This document shows positions 47,640-58,386 of a DNA stretch of 64,000 nt, piece after piece. The stretch is from Chitinophagales bacterium (GTDB taxonomy: Bacteria; Bacteroidota; Bacteroidia; Chitinophagales; LD1): contig JAEUUZ010000004.1 in NCBI GenBank assembly GCA_016786765.1, positions 105,311 through 169,310 of the forward strand. Reading direction: 5' to 3'. Each line of letters opens with the position of its first letter. Position 1 is the first letter of the stretch. Both the position numbers and the translations under genes were made by a program. The notes under the pieces were generated by a model. It saw only the letters and a list, made by a program, of their open reading frames with translations. It did not search any database and was not told where the DNA came from.

Positions 47640-49478
47640 TTATTTCAACACGTTGAATTTGTACAACGAAGTTTTTGTTTCGCTTACCACACGGGCAATG
47701 TACAATCCATTTTGAAGATCGCGAATATCTTCAGTTAAAGCAACTGTTTTGTTGCCAAAAGTAGAGTTCACTACATTTTTAACTACACGTCCGTTCATAT
47801 CCAAAATGTCGATAGCAACGTTACTTGTTTCTTTCACATCGAAAGCCATTACAATTTCAGATGAAGCCGGATTAGGGAACATACGGAATTGCATATCAGC
47901 CAATGAAGGATCGTTGATGCTGGTTGACGTTGAAACTACAGTATCTTGCAATGGAGACATAAAGCTCAACGGTCCGTTAGGTATAGCTAAGTATAACCCG
48001 AATTTCTTTCCGTTTTTGTTTGCTGCCGAATCAACAAAACCAGTAGCTACTAAAGTGATACCAGCACCGTCAATAGCCCCTAGTGGCACTAAATACGACT
48101 TGTAGATTGCTCCGCCCGGTAATTTCAAATCAACAATTACAGTACCTAAAGAAGTTGGTAAAGCTGTGTTACCACTGATGTTTGCTTTCTGATATTGACC
48201 ATAAGACAAACCTGAAATTAAACTCAAACCACCTGCAGAAGGAACGGTAACACTCACTGTAGGAGCGTCAGTAGCTGCGTGGAATACATTCACAACACCT
48301 GTTCCTGCAGGAGAAGTTGTTACAAAAGGTTTGTCGATATAAGCGTTTGCTAAAATGCTTTTTCCATCAGGATTAGCTGTAAAGCCCGAAGTACTACTAA
48401 CACCTGCAATAACACCAACACGTGCAGTATCGTTCAAGAACAGGTTAACCGATAATGATTTAGTTAAACTATCGTTAGCATGAATATCGATATCGTAGTG
48501 GAAATCTTGGATAAAGGCACCTGATTGGAAACGTTGCAAATAATCCAATTTCAAGAATTGTTTTACTCCATTCACATACAACTCGATTTTTTTCAATAAT
48601 GGATCAGCAGAAGCATGGATAATTTCTGTTAAACCTCCCAATTTCTCAGCAGGCAACTCTACTGGAGTAATCGCTGAATTTCCCGGAGTAGAAGCATCCG
48701 TAACAAAAGCCAAAACTTTTGCAGTATTTGTAGTACCTGTTCCAGTTGTATCGGCAAAACCTGAAGCTACAATGAAAGCTGCTTTACCACCTAGTGTTCT
48801 AAGGGCATCGCCATTGGCTTTATAGAAAGGATTGGTTTGCGCTTGTCCGTTAGGGATAATGTGAATACGTCTTGCACTAGCGGCAACACCTGTGTGCGCT
48901 GTTACATCTTTGTACAATGCTTTACCCACTAATACATCACGAGCCGGAGCTTGGATAGTAGTTACAAAGCTTTGAACATAAACCGAATCAGCATCAATAA
49001 TACCATGATGTAGGGCAACCTGCGCTTGATTTGGATTAGATGATGAAAACTGAACACCGCTGTTAATAAGAATCAAATCAGCTGCATTGCTAACACCCGA
49101 TGGGTTCGTTTTAGCTGCCAATAATGATGGCGTTGCTAATCCTGTAGCAATCATAATGTTGTTTCCTGTAGGGATTACTGAAAACGTTTTAGAGAATAAA
49201 TCCGGATCAGAAGATGCTGTACTGGTAGAAGACTTTAAGTGAACGACTAACGTAGCACCCGGAATTGGCACTGCCGGAATAGTATAGAAGTAACCCGATT
49301 GATACGTTAAATTATCAACGGCTTTCAAGTATTGAGATGCAATAGGCACTTCCACCCAAACATCCACATTGGCTAAAGCCGGATCCGGACTGTTATGGAC
49401 AACAAGTAGGCTGCCTTGTGCACTTGCGAAAGTGGCACCCAACACAGCAAGACTGAGGGTAAGGAGAATTTTTTTCAT
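47640..49478 (-). CDS. T9SS-secreted protein with about four DUF4397-like repeats
   Basis: VHNSPDPALANVDVWV, HHGIIDA, IHASADP..IELYVNG, FHAATDAPTVSV; CTD MFPNPAS..NGLYIARV. Confidence 0.82.
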   Translation of the reverse strand: MKKILLTLSLAVLGATFASAQGSLLVVHNSPDPALANVDVWVEVPIASQYLKAVDNLTYQSGYFYTIPAVPIPGATLVVHLKSSTSTASSDPDLFSKTFSVIPTGNNIMIATGLATPSLLAAKTNPSGVSNAADLILINSGVQFSSSNPNQAQVALHHGIIDADSVYVQSFVTTIQAPARDVLVGKALYKDVTAHTGVAASARRIHIIPNGQAQTNPFYKANGDALRTLGGKAAFIVASGFADTTGTGTTNTAKVLAFVTDASTPGNSAITPVELPAEKLGGLTEIIHASADPLLKKIELYVNGVKQFLKLDYLQRFQSGAFIQDFHYDIDIHANDSLTKSLSVNLFLNDTARVGVIAGVSSTSGFTANPDGKSILANAYIDKPFVTTSPAGTGVVNVFHAATDAPTVSVTVPSAGGLSLISGLSYGQYQKANISGNTALPTSLGTVIVDLKLPGGAIYKSYLVPLGAIDGAGITLVATGFVDSAANKNGKKFGLYLAIPNGPLSFMSPLQDTVVSTSTSINDPSLADMQFRMFPNPASSEIVMAFDVKETSNVAIDILDMNGRVVKNVVNSTFGNKTVALTEDIRDLQNGLYIARVVSETKTSLYKFNVLK

Positions 49479-49642
49479 GATAAATTATGGTTTTGTTTAA
49501 TAATGTTTGCCCTAAGGTAACACAATAATTTTCGTTTAGTTCAATCTTGGAGCATTTTTTTAATATGAAGCGCCCTCCTTTAATGTTCTTTAACAGAGTC
49601 AACAAATGAAGATGAATAAACTTATTGGTTTAAGAATAGGGC

Positions 49643-49670
49643 AAAAAAAAAGAGACCCGAAGGTCTCTTT
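49643..49670 (-). terminator. Terminator after the pdhA-TPR operon
   Basis: AAAGAGACC-CGAA-GGTCTCTTT with a long U-tract on the minus strand. Confidence 0.82.
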
Positions 49671-49688
49671 GATTGTATTTCTTCCAAT

Positions 49689-50357
49689 TTAGAGTTGTGC
49701 AGTAGCACGAGAGATGTACTTTTCAATGTCACGGCCTTCATCAGACATTGGATATTTTTCTTTCACTTTAGTATATTGTTCTACAGCTTCTTTAAATTTC
49801 TTTTGTGTTTCCAAATACATACCCAATTTAACTAAGTAATATGGTGTGAATTGATCGTTTTCTGAAAAACCGGCTGCTTTAGCGTAATATTTTTCAGCAT
49901 CGGCAGGTTTATTTTGTTCAGCATAAGCATCACCAATTGCATTCAACTTTGCCGCGCCTAATACAGCGTCAGACGTGCTGAACTTATCCAAATACGTAAC
50001 CGCATCAGCATATTTACCGGTATTCAAATAACAAATACCGATGTAGTAATTACAAAGGTTTGCTGCTTTTGTCCAACCGTATTTTTTCTGTACTTCTAAA
50101 AATCCTTTATTTACACCATTTCCATTCAACGCCAAGTTGAAAGAATCTTTCTGAAAGGCTATTTCGGCCATAAATATTTCGCGTTGCGCTTTAAGATTAC
50201 GCTCCGGAAGCCATTTCAAGAAAATGAAAAGAGATGCAGCAATAATCACCACTAAAGCGCCAGCGCCAATAGCCACAGCTTGTTTATTCTCTTCTACGAA
50301 ATTTTCTACACGCTCCGCAAAATGCTGTACTGCTTGTATTTCTTCTGTCTCTGCCAT
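49689..50357 (-). CDS. Membrane-anchored TPR protein (YfgM-like)
   Basis: N-terminal TM helix, ALNG...GF, TPR repeats. Confidence 0.8.
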   Translation of the reverse strand: MAETEEIQAVQHFAERVENFVEENKQAVAIGAGALVVIIAASLFIFLKWLPERNLKAQREIFMAEIAFQKDSFNLALNGNGVNKGFLEVQKKYGWTKAANLCNYYIGICYLNTGKYADAVTYLDKFSTSDAVLGAAKLNAIGDAYAEQNKPADAEKYYAKAAGFSENDQFTPYYLVKLGMYLETQKKFKEAVEQYTKVKEKYPMSDEGRDIEKYISRATAQL

Positions 50358-50381
50358 AATTGTTGTTGTTTTATTTATCGT

Positions 50382-51374
50382 TTATTCAGTTAAAAATGGG
50401 TAATCGGCTTCTGCATAAATATCTTTATACAATTCATCATCGCTAGGGTAAGGCGATTCTTCTGCAAACTTCACGCAATCTTCCACTTGTTGATTAACGC
50501 GCTGTTGAATAACTTCAATCTCCGCTTGCGTTGCATACTTTTTCTTCACTATTGTATCCAATGTGGTTTCAATAGGATCAAGTTTCTTATATTCTTCAAC
50601 TTCCTCCTTCGTTCTGTACTTCTGTGGATCAGACATTGAGTGCCCTTTATAACGATACGTACAAATTTCTAAGAACGTTGGACCTTCACCACTTCTGGCT
50701 CTGTCAGCTGCTTTTGCAATGGCTTCGTGAACGGTTTCGCACTGCATGCCATCTACAGATTCTGAAGGCATATCGTAAGCTTCACCCAATGTCGCAATTT
50801 TGGTAACGTTTGACGAACGCTTTACCGAAGTTCCCATAGCGTAACCATTGTTCTCGCAAACAAAAATTACCGGTAATTTCCACATCATGGCCATGTTGAA
50901 GGTTTCGTGCAAAATACCTTGACGAGCAGCACCATCGCCAAAAAAGCAAATGGTAACGTTTGATTTATCGAGATATTTATCGGCAAAAGCAATGCCTGCG
51001 CCTAAGCCAATTTGCGCACCTACAATTCCGTGCCCGCCAAAAAAGTTGTGTTCTTTTGAGAAAAAGTGCATTGAGCCTCCTTTTCCTTTGGTGCAACCGG
51101 TTTCCTTTCCATACAACTCAGCCATTGCTGCATTACAGCTAATTCCTTTGGCAATAGCTAAAGCATGATCGCGATAAGCGGTAATTACCCGGTCATCGGA
51201 TTTTAAAGCCGACATCATTCCTGCTGCCACTGCTTCTTGACCAATGTATAAGTGACAAAAGCCACGAATTTTCTGTTGGCCATAAAGCATACCCGCACGC
51301 TCCTCAAACTTGCGAAGAAGAAGCATCAGTTCATACCAATACAGATATGTTTCTTTAGTTAATTTTGTGGCCAT
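50382..51374 (-). CDS. pdhA: Pyruvate dehydrogenase E1 alpha subunit
   Basis: IRGFCHLYIGQEA, GDGAARQG, YRYKGHSMSDP; TAGGTTTG promoter at 51401-51394. Confidence 0.97.
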   Translation of the reverse strand: MATKLTKETYLYWYELMLLLRKFEERAGMLYGQQKIRGFCHLYIGQEAVAAGMMSALKSDDRVITAYRDHALAIAKGISCNAAMAELYGKETGCTKGKGGSMHFFSKEHNFFGGHGIVGAQIGLGAGIAFADKYLDKSNVTICFFGDGAARQGILHETFNMAMMWKLPVIFVCENNGYAMGTSVKRSSNVTKIATLGEAYDMPSESVDGMQCETVHEAIAKAADRARSGEGPTFLEICTYRYKGHSMSDPQKYRTKEEVEEYKKLDPIETTLDTIVKKKYATQAEIEVIQQRVNQQVEDCVKFAEESPYPSDDELYKDIYAEADYPFLTE

Positions 51375-51480
51375 AACTTTTTAATAAAGCGGACAAACCT
51401 AAGTATTTTTTTTTATTTTAAGTTTTATCCCCTACAATGAAAATTTTACATAGGTTTCGGGGCCATAATTCGGGGAATAC

Positions 51481-52605
51481 ATGCCAGCCAATGAAAATAG
51501 CGTTTTTCTTAGAAAATTGACGCTCACTAACTTCAAAAATCACACAAAACGTGATTTTCGCCTCAGCAAAAAGTTTACGGCTTTTGTGGGGCAAAATGGT
51601 GTGGGCAAAACAAATTTATTGGACTTGATCTACTTTTTAAGCTTAACCAAAAGCTTTTTCAACCTCACCGATCAGCAACTGATTAAATGGAACGAGGCAT
51701 TTTCAAGAATCGAAGCCGCTATTGAAAAAAAAGGAGAACTGCTGGAATTGGTAGTAAAAATACCACTCAACAAGCGTAAAGAGATTAGTGTAAATGGAGC
51801 GGTTTACCAAAAGGCTGCTGAATACATTGGCACAATACCTTTGGTGATTATTTCGCCCGAAGACAGCGACATTATTCAAGGTGGCAGTGAGGAACGCAGA
51901 AAATTGTTCGATAATATATTGGCACAAGTAGACACTGCTTATTTAGAAGCGCTTATGGACTACAATAAAATTCTGGAGCAACGCAACTCGCTCTTGAAAA
52001 TGAAAGCCGACAAACCTGCTACCGATATCAGTATGCTTGAATTTTACAATTCGCGTTTAGCAGAATCCGGAAGTTATATTTTCAATAAACGAAAAGACAT
52101 TTTCCTGCGCTTTGAGGCCGTGTTCCAACAGTTTTACGCTATTATTAGTGAAGAAAAAGAGGATGTAAAATGGCATTATGCCTCGCAATTGTTAAGCAAA
52201 GATTGGAACATGCTTTTTGAACAGAATTTACAAAAAGATTTAGTGTTACAACGCACATCAGCAGGGATTCATAGAGATGATTTTGAATTCACCATTCACG
52301 GTGAAAAGATTAAGAAATTTGGCTCTCAAGGCCAGCAAAAATCGTTCACTATTGCATTAAAACTATCACTTTATCGCTATTTGCATGAAATGAAAGGTGT
52401 TTTGCCTATTTTATTGATAGATGATCTGTTCGATAAACTCGACACGAAACGAATGCAACAATTGATACGTATATTGCAGGGAGATGAGTTTGGACAGGTA
52501 TTTATGTCGGATACCGATATTTTGCGACTCGAGAAAGCTTTTGATGGAAATAGAGAACAAATTGAGATTTTTACCATAGATTTAGAGTCGAATGATACGG
52601 TATAA
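51481..52605 (+). CDS. recF: DNA replication and repair protein RecF
   Basis: GQNGVGKTNL, GIHRDD, SQGQQKS, ILLIDD. Confidence 0.95.
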   Translation: MPANENSVFLRKLTLTNFKNHTKRDFRLSKKFTAFVGQNGVGKTNLLDLIYFLSLTKSFFNLTDQQLIKWNEAFSRIEAAIEKKGELLELVVKIPLNKRKEISVNGAVYQKAAEYIGTIPLVIISPEDSDIIQGGSEERRKLFDNILAQVDTAYLEALMDYNKILEQRNSLLKMKADKPATDISMLEFYNSRLAESGSYIFNKRKDIFLRFEAVFQQFYAIISEEKEDVKWHYASQLLSKDWNMLFEQNLQKDLVLQRTSAGIHRDDFEFTIHGEKIKKFGSQGQQKSFTIALKLSLYRYLHEMKGVLPILLIDDLFDKLDTKRMQQLIRILQGDEFGQVFMSDTDILRLEKAFDGNREQIEIFTIDLESNDTV

Positions 52606-52882
52606 CGACATTAGCTTAGGGGATGCCATAAAAATGTGGATTAGAGAAAGTGGATTAGAAGAATCTATTGCCCAATCCAAAATAGCATCACTTTGGGATA
52701 CCCTAATGGGCGGCCTGATTTCGAAACACACAAAAACAATTGTATTAAAAGACAGAAAACTATTCATAACAGTAGATAATCCTGCTCTGAAAAACGAACT
52801 GCATTTTTCTCGTGCTAAAATCAAGGAAATGCTGAATAGAGAATTAAAGGATGAGATTATTGCGGAAGTTTTTATATATTGA
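52592..52882 (+). CDS. dciA: DUF721/DciA helicase-loader-like protein
   Basis: W..LMG..I..HT, LFITV.NPALKNEL, adjacent to recF. Confidence 0.82.
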   Translation: MIRYNDISLGDAIKMWIRESGLEESIAQSKIASLWDTLMGGLISKHTKTIVLKDRKLFITVDNPALKNELHFSRAKIKEMLNRELKDEIIAEVFIY

Positions 52883-52889
52883 GATTTGA

Positions 52890-55403
52890 ATGAAAAGATT
52901 TTTACTTGTCCTGTTTTTGATAGTTGGATGCCTCGCCCAATTATCTGCTCAAAGCGAAAATAAACCCGGAATTCAATATTGGGCGTTTATGGTGCGCAAC
53001 ACTGCGCGTTTGCAAGAAATTGCCTATCGGTTCCAAGTAACGGAAGCAGATATCAAAAAAAATAGCGACCTAAAAGGGAAAACTGTATATCCCGGCAAAG
53101 TAATCGTGATCCCGGTAAAAGTTCGTCCGGCCACGTGGGACCCCACTAAATTCAACCCCAATAAGCCCTTTTTGAGTGGAGAAGATGCTCGTCCGCAATT
53201 GGATTTTGAGTGGGACAATGATGCGCTTGACCCGCTTTTAAAAGATGATTACATCCTTATTTCTGAAATTAAAGGCGATTCGATTCAAACTGAAAAGATG
53301 AATAAACACATCGGTAAAATCGACAAACAAATTTCGGCATTAAACCATCAAATAGATTCGATTAAAAACACTGAGTTCTCTTTTCAATATGACGAGAAAG
53401 ACATGAATGCCGTGTTAAAAAGAATGGAAAAAGCTCGTCAGCGTTACTATGCGCAAAGTCCATTGGGTAAAGAAGTAGATAGTTTGAATGATGTAAAAAC
53501 AAAATTGAACGAGGAGATTAATCGCTTACGCAACAAATTAAGCGAGTACGATTACCTAAACGAGAATGCCTATTACTTTGAAAAAAACAGAGAAGGTGAA
53601 TCTGACATGTTAGAGCGGATTAACAACCGCCCTGGTGAACAACTGATAGCAGAGAGCAATTACGTAAAAAAAGCGGATAACGATTTAAAGAAAGCGAAAC
53701 GTAAAAACCGAGTTAAAAAGAAAAAAAATCAGGCCCCTACACCGGTGGAAGTGGAACAGCTTCTTGTAAGAGATATTGTGCCGGTTGACACATCAGCATC
53801 CAACAAGGCTAAGCCAATAGTAGCTGCAGAAAGCCATCCGAACGACAATACTGAAAAACAAGTTATTGAAACAGAACCGACTAAAGTAGAACAAATAGCT
53901 TCGCCAACGGTTACTGAAATCAAAAAAGAAGAAACAACTCCTGTAGCACAAAACAGCAGCACAGAAAAAAAAGCGATTGCACCTGTTGAGCATAAAACAG
54001 AAGCAACGGTAGCAATTGAAAAAGAAACAAAAGTACAAACTAAACCCATTGAGAAAAACACAACAGACCCCGCCAAAGACGACAAGCTATTAACAACAAA
54101 ATTAACGTTGAATCCTAGTAACACTATTGTTCCGAACCCTAATGCACAGCCTGAACCAACACCATCTGTTGTGAGTGAGACAAAACAAAATGCGAGCCCT
54201 TCAGTTCAAATAGAAGCAAAAGAACTACCTAGAGAAGAACCTGTCAAAGTGGTTGATCCCGTTGTAAAAGAAACCCCAGTTGTTGCTGAAACTAATCCAA
54301 CAATTGAATCTGCACACCAAGCAATACCTGCTAAGGAAGAGCCTAAAGTAGAACCAACCACCGAACTGATTAAACCGCAAGAGACTATACCCGTTGAACA
54401 ACAAGTAACACAAACTGTTATTGCAGAAAATCCTACGCAAAAAGAAGAAACCATTCCAACCCCTGTTATCGAGCAAAAAGCAGAAGAAGTTGCTCCGGAG
54501 CGAAACACAACTAAATCGGTACAAATGCCGCAAGCGAATGCTGTAAAACCGCTTTCCGAGCGCGATTTATCGATGAAAGAAGAAATTAAAAAAGCGATTG
54601 CCAATAAAGTTTTAGCCAAAGAAATTGATCCGTTAGATGAATATTCCGACAGTCCTGATTTCGCTTTCAAAGGGTTGAACTTCCAAAGTATATCGGTAGG
54701 TAAAGGTAAAAACGGACCAAAATACCTTACTCCGGTTGATCCGATTACTGCACTAAAAGCAAAAATTTGGATTGAGAAATTTAAGGAAGAAATGAAAATT
54801 AAGGATTTCAAAAAAGCCGAATTGTATCTACGCAAAGCGATTGAAACCAATCCAAACTCTGCCGAATCGTGGACCTACCATGCGGAAATGCTTTCAGCAG
54901 CCGGTGATGCACAAGAAGCACAAAAAGAATATTTAATTGCAACTGCGATTGATGCGGCATTTGCCAGACCGTATTATAAAATGGCGTTATTGTACGAAAA
55001 CTCTAACAACGTTGAAAAGGCCTACGAATACTATGCTTTTGCCATTGAATCAGACAGTTCGTTCTATAAAGCCTATCTAAACAGAGCGAATCTATCGTTG
55101 CGTCTAGGCGACTTAAAATCTGCAATTGATGATTACTCAACATTATTAGATGTAAACAAGAACTTTTCATTAGCGCATAAAGAACGTGGTGCATTACGCA
55201 TGATGGATAGAGATTATGCCGGTGCTGTGGAAGACTTCAATGCTTATATGGAAATGGAAGATCCGTCAGGAGAAGTTTTGTATAAACGTGGTGTTGCCAA
55301 AGTGTATACCGGAAAAATCATAGAAGGTTGTAATGATTTTAATATGGCATTGCAATTAAAATATACGGATGCCGCTAAGGCCATCAAAAAATACTGCGAA
55401 TAA
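52890..55403 (+). CDS. Exported LysM, coiled-coil, low-complexity linker and TPR protein
   Basis: Signal peptide, LQEIAYRFQVTEADIKKNSDL..VYPGKVIVIP (LysM-like), P/E/T/K-rich linker, about 5 C-terminal TPRs. Confidence 0.75.
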   Translation: MKRFLLVLFLIVGCLAQLSAQSENKPGIQYWAFMVRNTARLQEIAYRFQVTEADIKKNSDLKGKTVYPGKVIVIPVKVRPATWDPTKFNPNKPFLSGEDARPQLDFEWDNDALDPLLKDDYILISEIKGDSIQTEKMNKHIGKIDKQISALNHQIDSIKNTEFSFQYDEKDMNAVLKRMEKARQRYYAQSPLGKEVDSLNDVKTKLNEEINRLRNKLSEYDYLNENAYYFEKNREGESDMLERINNRPGEQLIAESNYVKKADNDLKKAKRKNRVKKKKNQAPTPVEVEQLLVRDIVPVDTSASNKAKPIVAAESHPNDNTEKQVIETEPTKVEQIASPTVTEIKKEETTPVAQNSSTEKKAIAPVEHKTEATVAIEKETKVQTKPIEKNTTDPAKDDKLLTTKLTLNPSNTIVPNPNAQPEPTPSVVSETKQNASPSVQIEAKELPREEPVKVVDPVVKETPVVAETNPTIESAHQAIPAKEEPKVEPTTELIKPQETIPVEQQVTQTVIAENPTQKEETIPTPVIEQKAEEVAPERNTTKSVQMPQANAVKPLSERDLSMKEEIKKAIANKVLAKEIDPLDEYSDSPDFAFKGLNFQSISVGKGKNGPKYLTPVDPITALKAKIWIEKFKEEMKIKDFKKAELYLRKAIETNPNSAESWTYHAEMLSAAGDAQEAQKEYLIATAIDAAFARPYYKMALLYENSNNVEKAYEYYAFAIESDSSFYKAYLNRANLSLRLGDLKSAIDDYSTLLDVNKNFSLAHKERGALRMMDRDYAGAVEDFNAYMEMEDPSGEVLYKRGVAKVYTGKIIEGCNDFNMALQLKYTDAAKAIKKYCE

Positions 55404-55434
55404 TTTTATCGCTAACCGCTCTTTATCTCTTATA

Positions 55435-56625
55435 ATGAACACACTTCAATTACCTAAAGTTATTATTCATAACTCCAAGACAGATGCTATACTTCGCTTT
55501 CACCCATGGATTTTTTCCGGTGCAGTAAAAAGCAAAGACGAATCTATTAAAAACGATACCCTTGTAGAGGTCGTAAACGAACGTGGTAAGTTTTTAGCCA
55601 TTGGCTATTTCACACAGAGCAATATTGCTGTTCGTATTCTTTCATTTTCGCCTATCGAATCGCTGCAGAATCTCTTTCAAGAAAAGATAAGCAATGCCTT
55701 TGAATCGCGAAAAACCATTGGGCTAACAGGTAATGCAAACACGAACACCTATCGATTAATTCATGCTGAAGGCGATGGTATTCCCGGACTCATTATCGAT
55801 TTTTACGATGGAGTATGTGTAGTTCAAGCGCATAGTGTTTTTATCGCGAAACAAATGACATTGATTGCAGAATGCCTCCAGAAGGTTTATGGAGAACAAC
55901 TCGTAGCAGTTTATAATAAAAGTAACAACACATTACCTAAACATAACGAATACGGTAAAGATGAATTTGTTTTCGGCAAGGCAGAAACGCTTACCGTGAA
56001 AGAGAATGAAAATCTGTTTCGGGTCGATTTTGTTACCGGGCAAAAAACAGGCTTTTTTATCGATCAACGCGAAAACAGAAAATTGTTAGCGACCTATTCC
56101 AAAGGAAAAAAAGTATTGAATACCTTTTGTTATACCGGAGGATTTTCGGTGTATGCCGCAAAAGCAAATGCTCAAAAAGTTGTATCGGTCGATTCATCTG
56201 AAAAGGCGATGATTTTAACCGAACAAAACATTGCGATAAACAATTGCGAAACTATTCATGAATCGGTGACCAGCGATGTATTCGATTATCTTAAAACGGT
56301 AAAGAAAGGCGACTTCGATGTGATTGTGCTCGACCCACCGGCATTTGCGAAGAACGTTGCAGCTCGTCACCATGCCATTCAAGCCTATAAACGCATCAAT
56401 TTAGAAGCGATGCAAAAATTAGAACAGGGAGGCATCTTGTTCACGTTTTCTTGCTCACAGGTGGTAAACTATGATTTATTCCGTGGAGCAGTTACCGCTG
56501 CTGCCATTGAAGCCGGAAAAAACATCCGCATTTTGCATCAGTTAACACAACCACCCGACCATCCCATCAACATTTTCCACCCTGAAGGGAACTACCTCAA
56601 AGGCTTGGTTTTGTTGGTTAACTAA
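55435..56625 (+). CDS. rlmI: 23S rRNA m5C1962 methyltransferase RlmI-like
   Basis: HPWIFSGA PUA domain, GQKTGFFIDQRENR, LNTFCYTGGF, LDPPAF, FSCS. Confidence 0.9.
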   Translation: MNTLQLPKVIIHNSKTDAILRFHPWIFSGAVKSKDESIKNDTLVEVVNERGKFLAIGYFTQSNIAVRILSFSPIESLQNLFQEKISNAFESRKTIGLTGNANTNTYRLIHAEGDGIPGLIIDFYDGVCVVQAHSVFIAKQMTLIAECLQKVYGEQLVAVYNKSNNTLPKHNEYGKDEFVFGKAETLTVKENENLFRVDFVTGQKTGFFIDQRENRKLLATYSKGKKVLNTFCYTGGFSVYAAKANAQKVVSVDSSEKAMILTEQNIAINNCETIHESVTSDVFDYLKTVKKGDFDVIVLDPPAFAKNVAARHHAIQAYKRINLEAMQKLEQGGILFTFSCSQVVNYDLFRGAVTAAAIEAGKNIRILHQLTQPPDHPINIFHPEGNYLKGLVLLVN

Positions 56626-56733
56626 TTTTAGCAAACCGTTTTGCAACCTTTTGCACGAAAATTGACGACTATTGAATAAGTCCACTATTTTTGGGCAACT
56701 TAAATTTGATATAGCAAAAACTAAAATCCGAAA

Positions 56734-58248
56734 ATGAAAGAAATGAACCGTGGAAGAAACTTAGTGAATCGTTTTTCGATGTCGTTTTTCTTCGCTACAA
56801 TGCTCCTGTTATTGTCGGCAAAAACATTTGCCGGTAAAGGAACAGAAATCAAAATCACTGTTAAAGGTCTAGGCAACACGCAATTAATATTAGCCAATTA
56901 TTATGGCGACAAGCAGTACATCAAGGACACTTTTGTAATAGACAAATCAGATGTTTGTCTTATCAAAATGGACACCCTTCTTCCTCCGGGAATTTATCTA
57001 GCAGTTTTTCCGCAATTGAACAACAAGTACTTTGAATTTGTGGTGAGTGAGCCAAAAATCATTTTAGCTACAGATACGTTTGATTTGGCCGGACACATGA
57101 AGGTAGAAGGTTCAGCAGAGAATAAAGTATTTTATGACGATATGTTTTTCTTGAGTGAAAAGCGCAAAGCATTAGAAAAACAAAATGCCTTGCTTAGAGA
57201 AGCGAAAGACGAAAAAGCAAAAAGCGAAGCAAAAGCTAATCTTCAAAAAATTGATGAAGATGTAAAAGCAAAACGACTGAGTGTAGAAAAAGACCATCCT
57301 ACTACACTTTATGCCAAACTATTACGTTCTATGCGTGAACCGGAACTCAGTAAAGATGGACCGCGGAATTCGAAAGGCGTGCTTCTAGATTCGGCATGGC
57401 AATGGAGAGAATACAAAGCAAAATATTGGGATAATGTAGACCTAACCGATGATCGATTGATTCGAACCCCAATTTTCCACAATAAACTTTCCTACTACTA
57501 CACCAAAGTCGTTATTCAAAATCCGGATACATTGATTAAGGATGGGGATGAATTGTTATCGAAAATGGACCCGAAAAATGATTTATTCCGCTATTCGTTG
57601 GTGTACATGCTAAACGAAATGGCAAAGTCAAAAATTATGGGTTTTGATGCCGTTTATGTGCATATCGTAAACAAATATTACGCAAAAGGATTTACGCCTT
57701 GGGTGGACTCAACGCAGTTATATAAAATTGTAGAACGCGGTAGAATATTAGACCCACTTTTGATTGGCAAAAAAGCAAGAAATATTGTACTTGCCGATTC
57801 TACCTTGAAACAAATGCGTTCACTCTATGATGTGAAAAGCAGATATACCATTTTGGCGTTCTGGGATCCGGATTGCGGCCATTGCAAAAAAGAAATCCCA
57901 AAATTGGCAGAGATATACCATAAAATGAAATCAGAAAAGATTGATGTAGAAGTTTATTCCCCGGGTATTTTTGATATTGCGGAAATAAAAAAATGGACAG
58001 ATTTCATCAAAGAGAATAAGCTCGATTGGATAAACGTAGCAGACCCCTATCACCAAAACAATTTCCGTTTTGAATGGGATATTCAAAGTACACCACAACT
58101 GTTTATTTTGGATAAAGACAAGATGATTAAAGCGAAACGAATTGGCGTAGAGAATATTGAAGATTTTATCAAACATGATATCGATCCGAAATACATTCCT
58201 AAAAACACAGCTCCGCTAGAAGAGAAAAAAGAAGTAGAAGAACATTAA
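56734..58248 (+). CDS. TlpA/thioredoxin-family protein with DUF4369/DUF5106-like N-domains
   Basis: Signal peptide, YWDNVD..DDRLIRTP, FWDPDCGHCKKEIP. Confidence 0.85.
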   Translation: MKEMNRGRNLVNRFSMSFFFATMLLLLSAKTFAGKGTEIKITVKGLGNTQLILANYYGDKQYIKDTFVIDKSDVCLIKMDTLLPPGIYLAVFPQLNNKYFEFVVSEPKIILATDTFDLAGHMKVEGSAENKVFYDDMFFLSEKRKALEKQNALLREAKDEKAKSEAKANLQKIDEDVKAKRLSVEKDHPTTLYAKLLRSMREPELSKDGPRNSKGVLLDSAWQWREYKAKYWDNVDLTDDRLIRTPIFHNKLSYYYTKVVIQNPDTLIKDGDELLSKMDPKNDLFRYSLVYMLNEMAKSKIMGFDAVYVHIVNKYYAKGFTPWVDSTQLYKIVERGRILDPLLIGKKARNIVLADSTLKQMRSLYDVKSRYTILAFWDPDCGHCKKEIPKLAEIYHKMKSEKIDVEVYSPGIFDIAEIKKWTDFIKENKLDWINVADPYHQNNFRFEWDIQSTPQLFILDKDKMIKAKRIGVENIEDFIKHDIDPKYIPKNTAPLEEKKEVEEH

Positions 58249-58290
58249 GGATAACCAATAGCTTTTAGCTATTAGGGGTTAGACAAGAAG

Positions 58291-58323
58291 AAAAAACGCA
58301 GGAGGTAACTACTGCGTTTTTTT
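58291..58323 (+). terminator. Intrinsic terminator
   Basis: AAAAAACGCAG...CTGCGTTTTTTT. Confidence 0.75.
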
Positions 58324-58386
58324 ATTATGTTCCGATAGTAAATGTTTATTATGCGCTAAAACACTTGCTTTTAAATAAGTTCGTGT

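Noticed and set aside
53024-55194. Several long minus-strand ORFs (up to 214 aa)
   Set aside because: Antisense to the low-complexity linker of the LysM/TPR gene; no protein-like motifs
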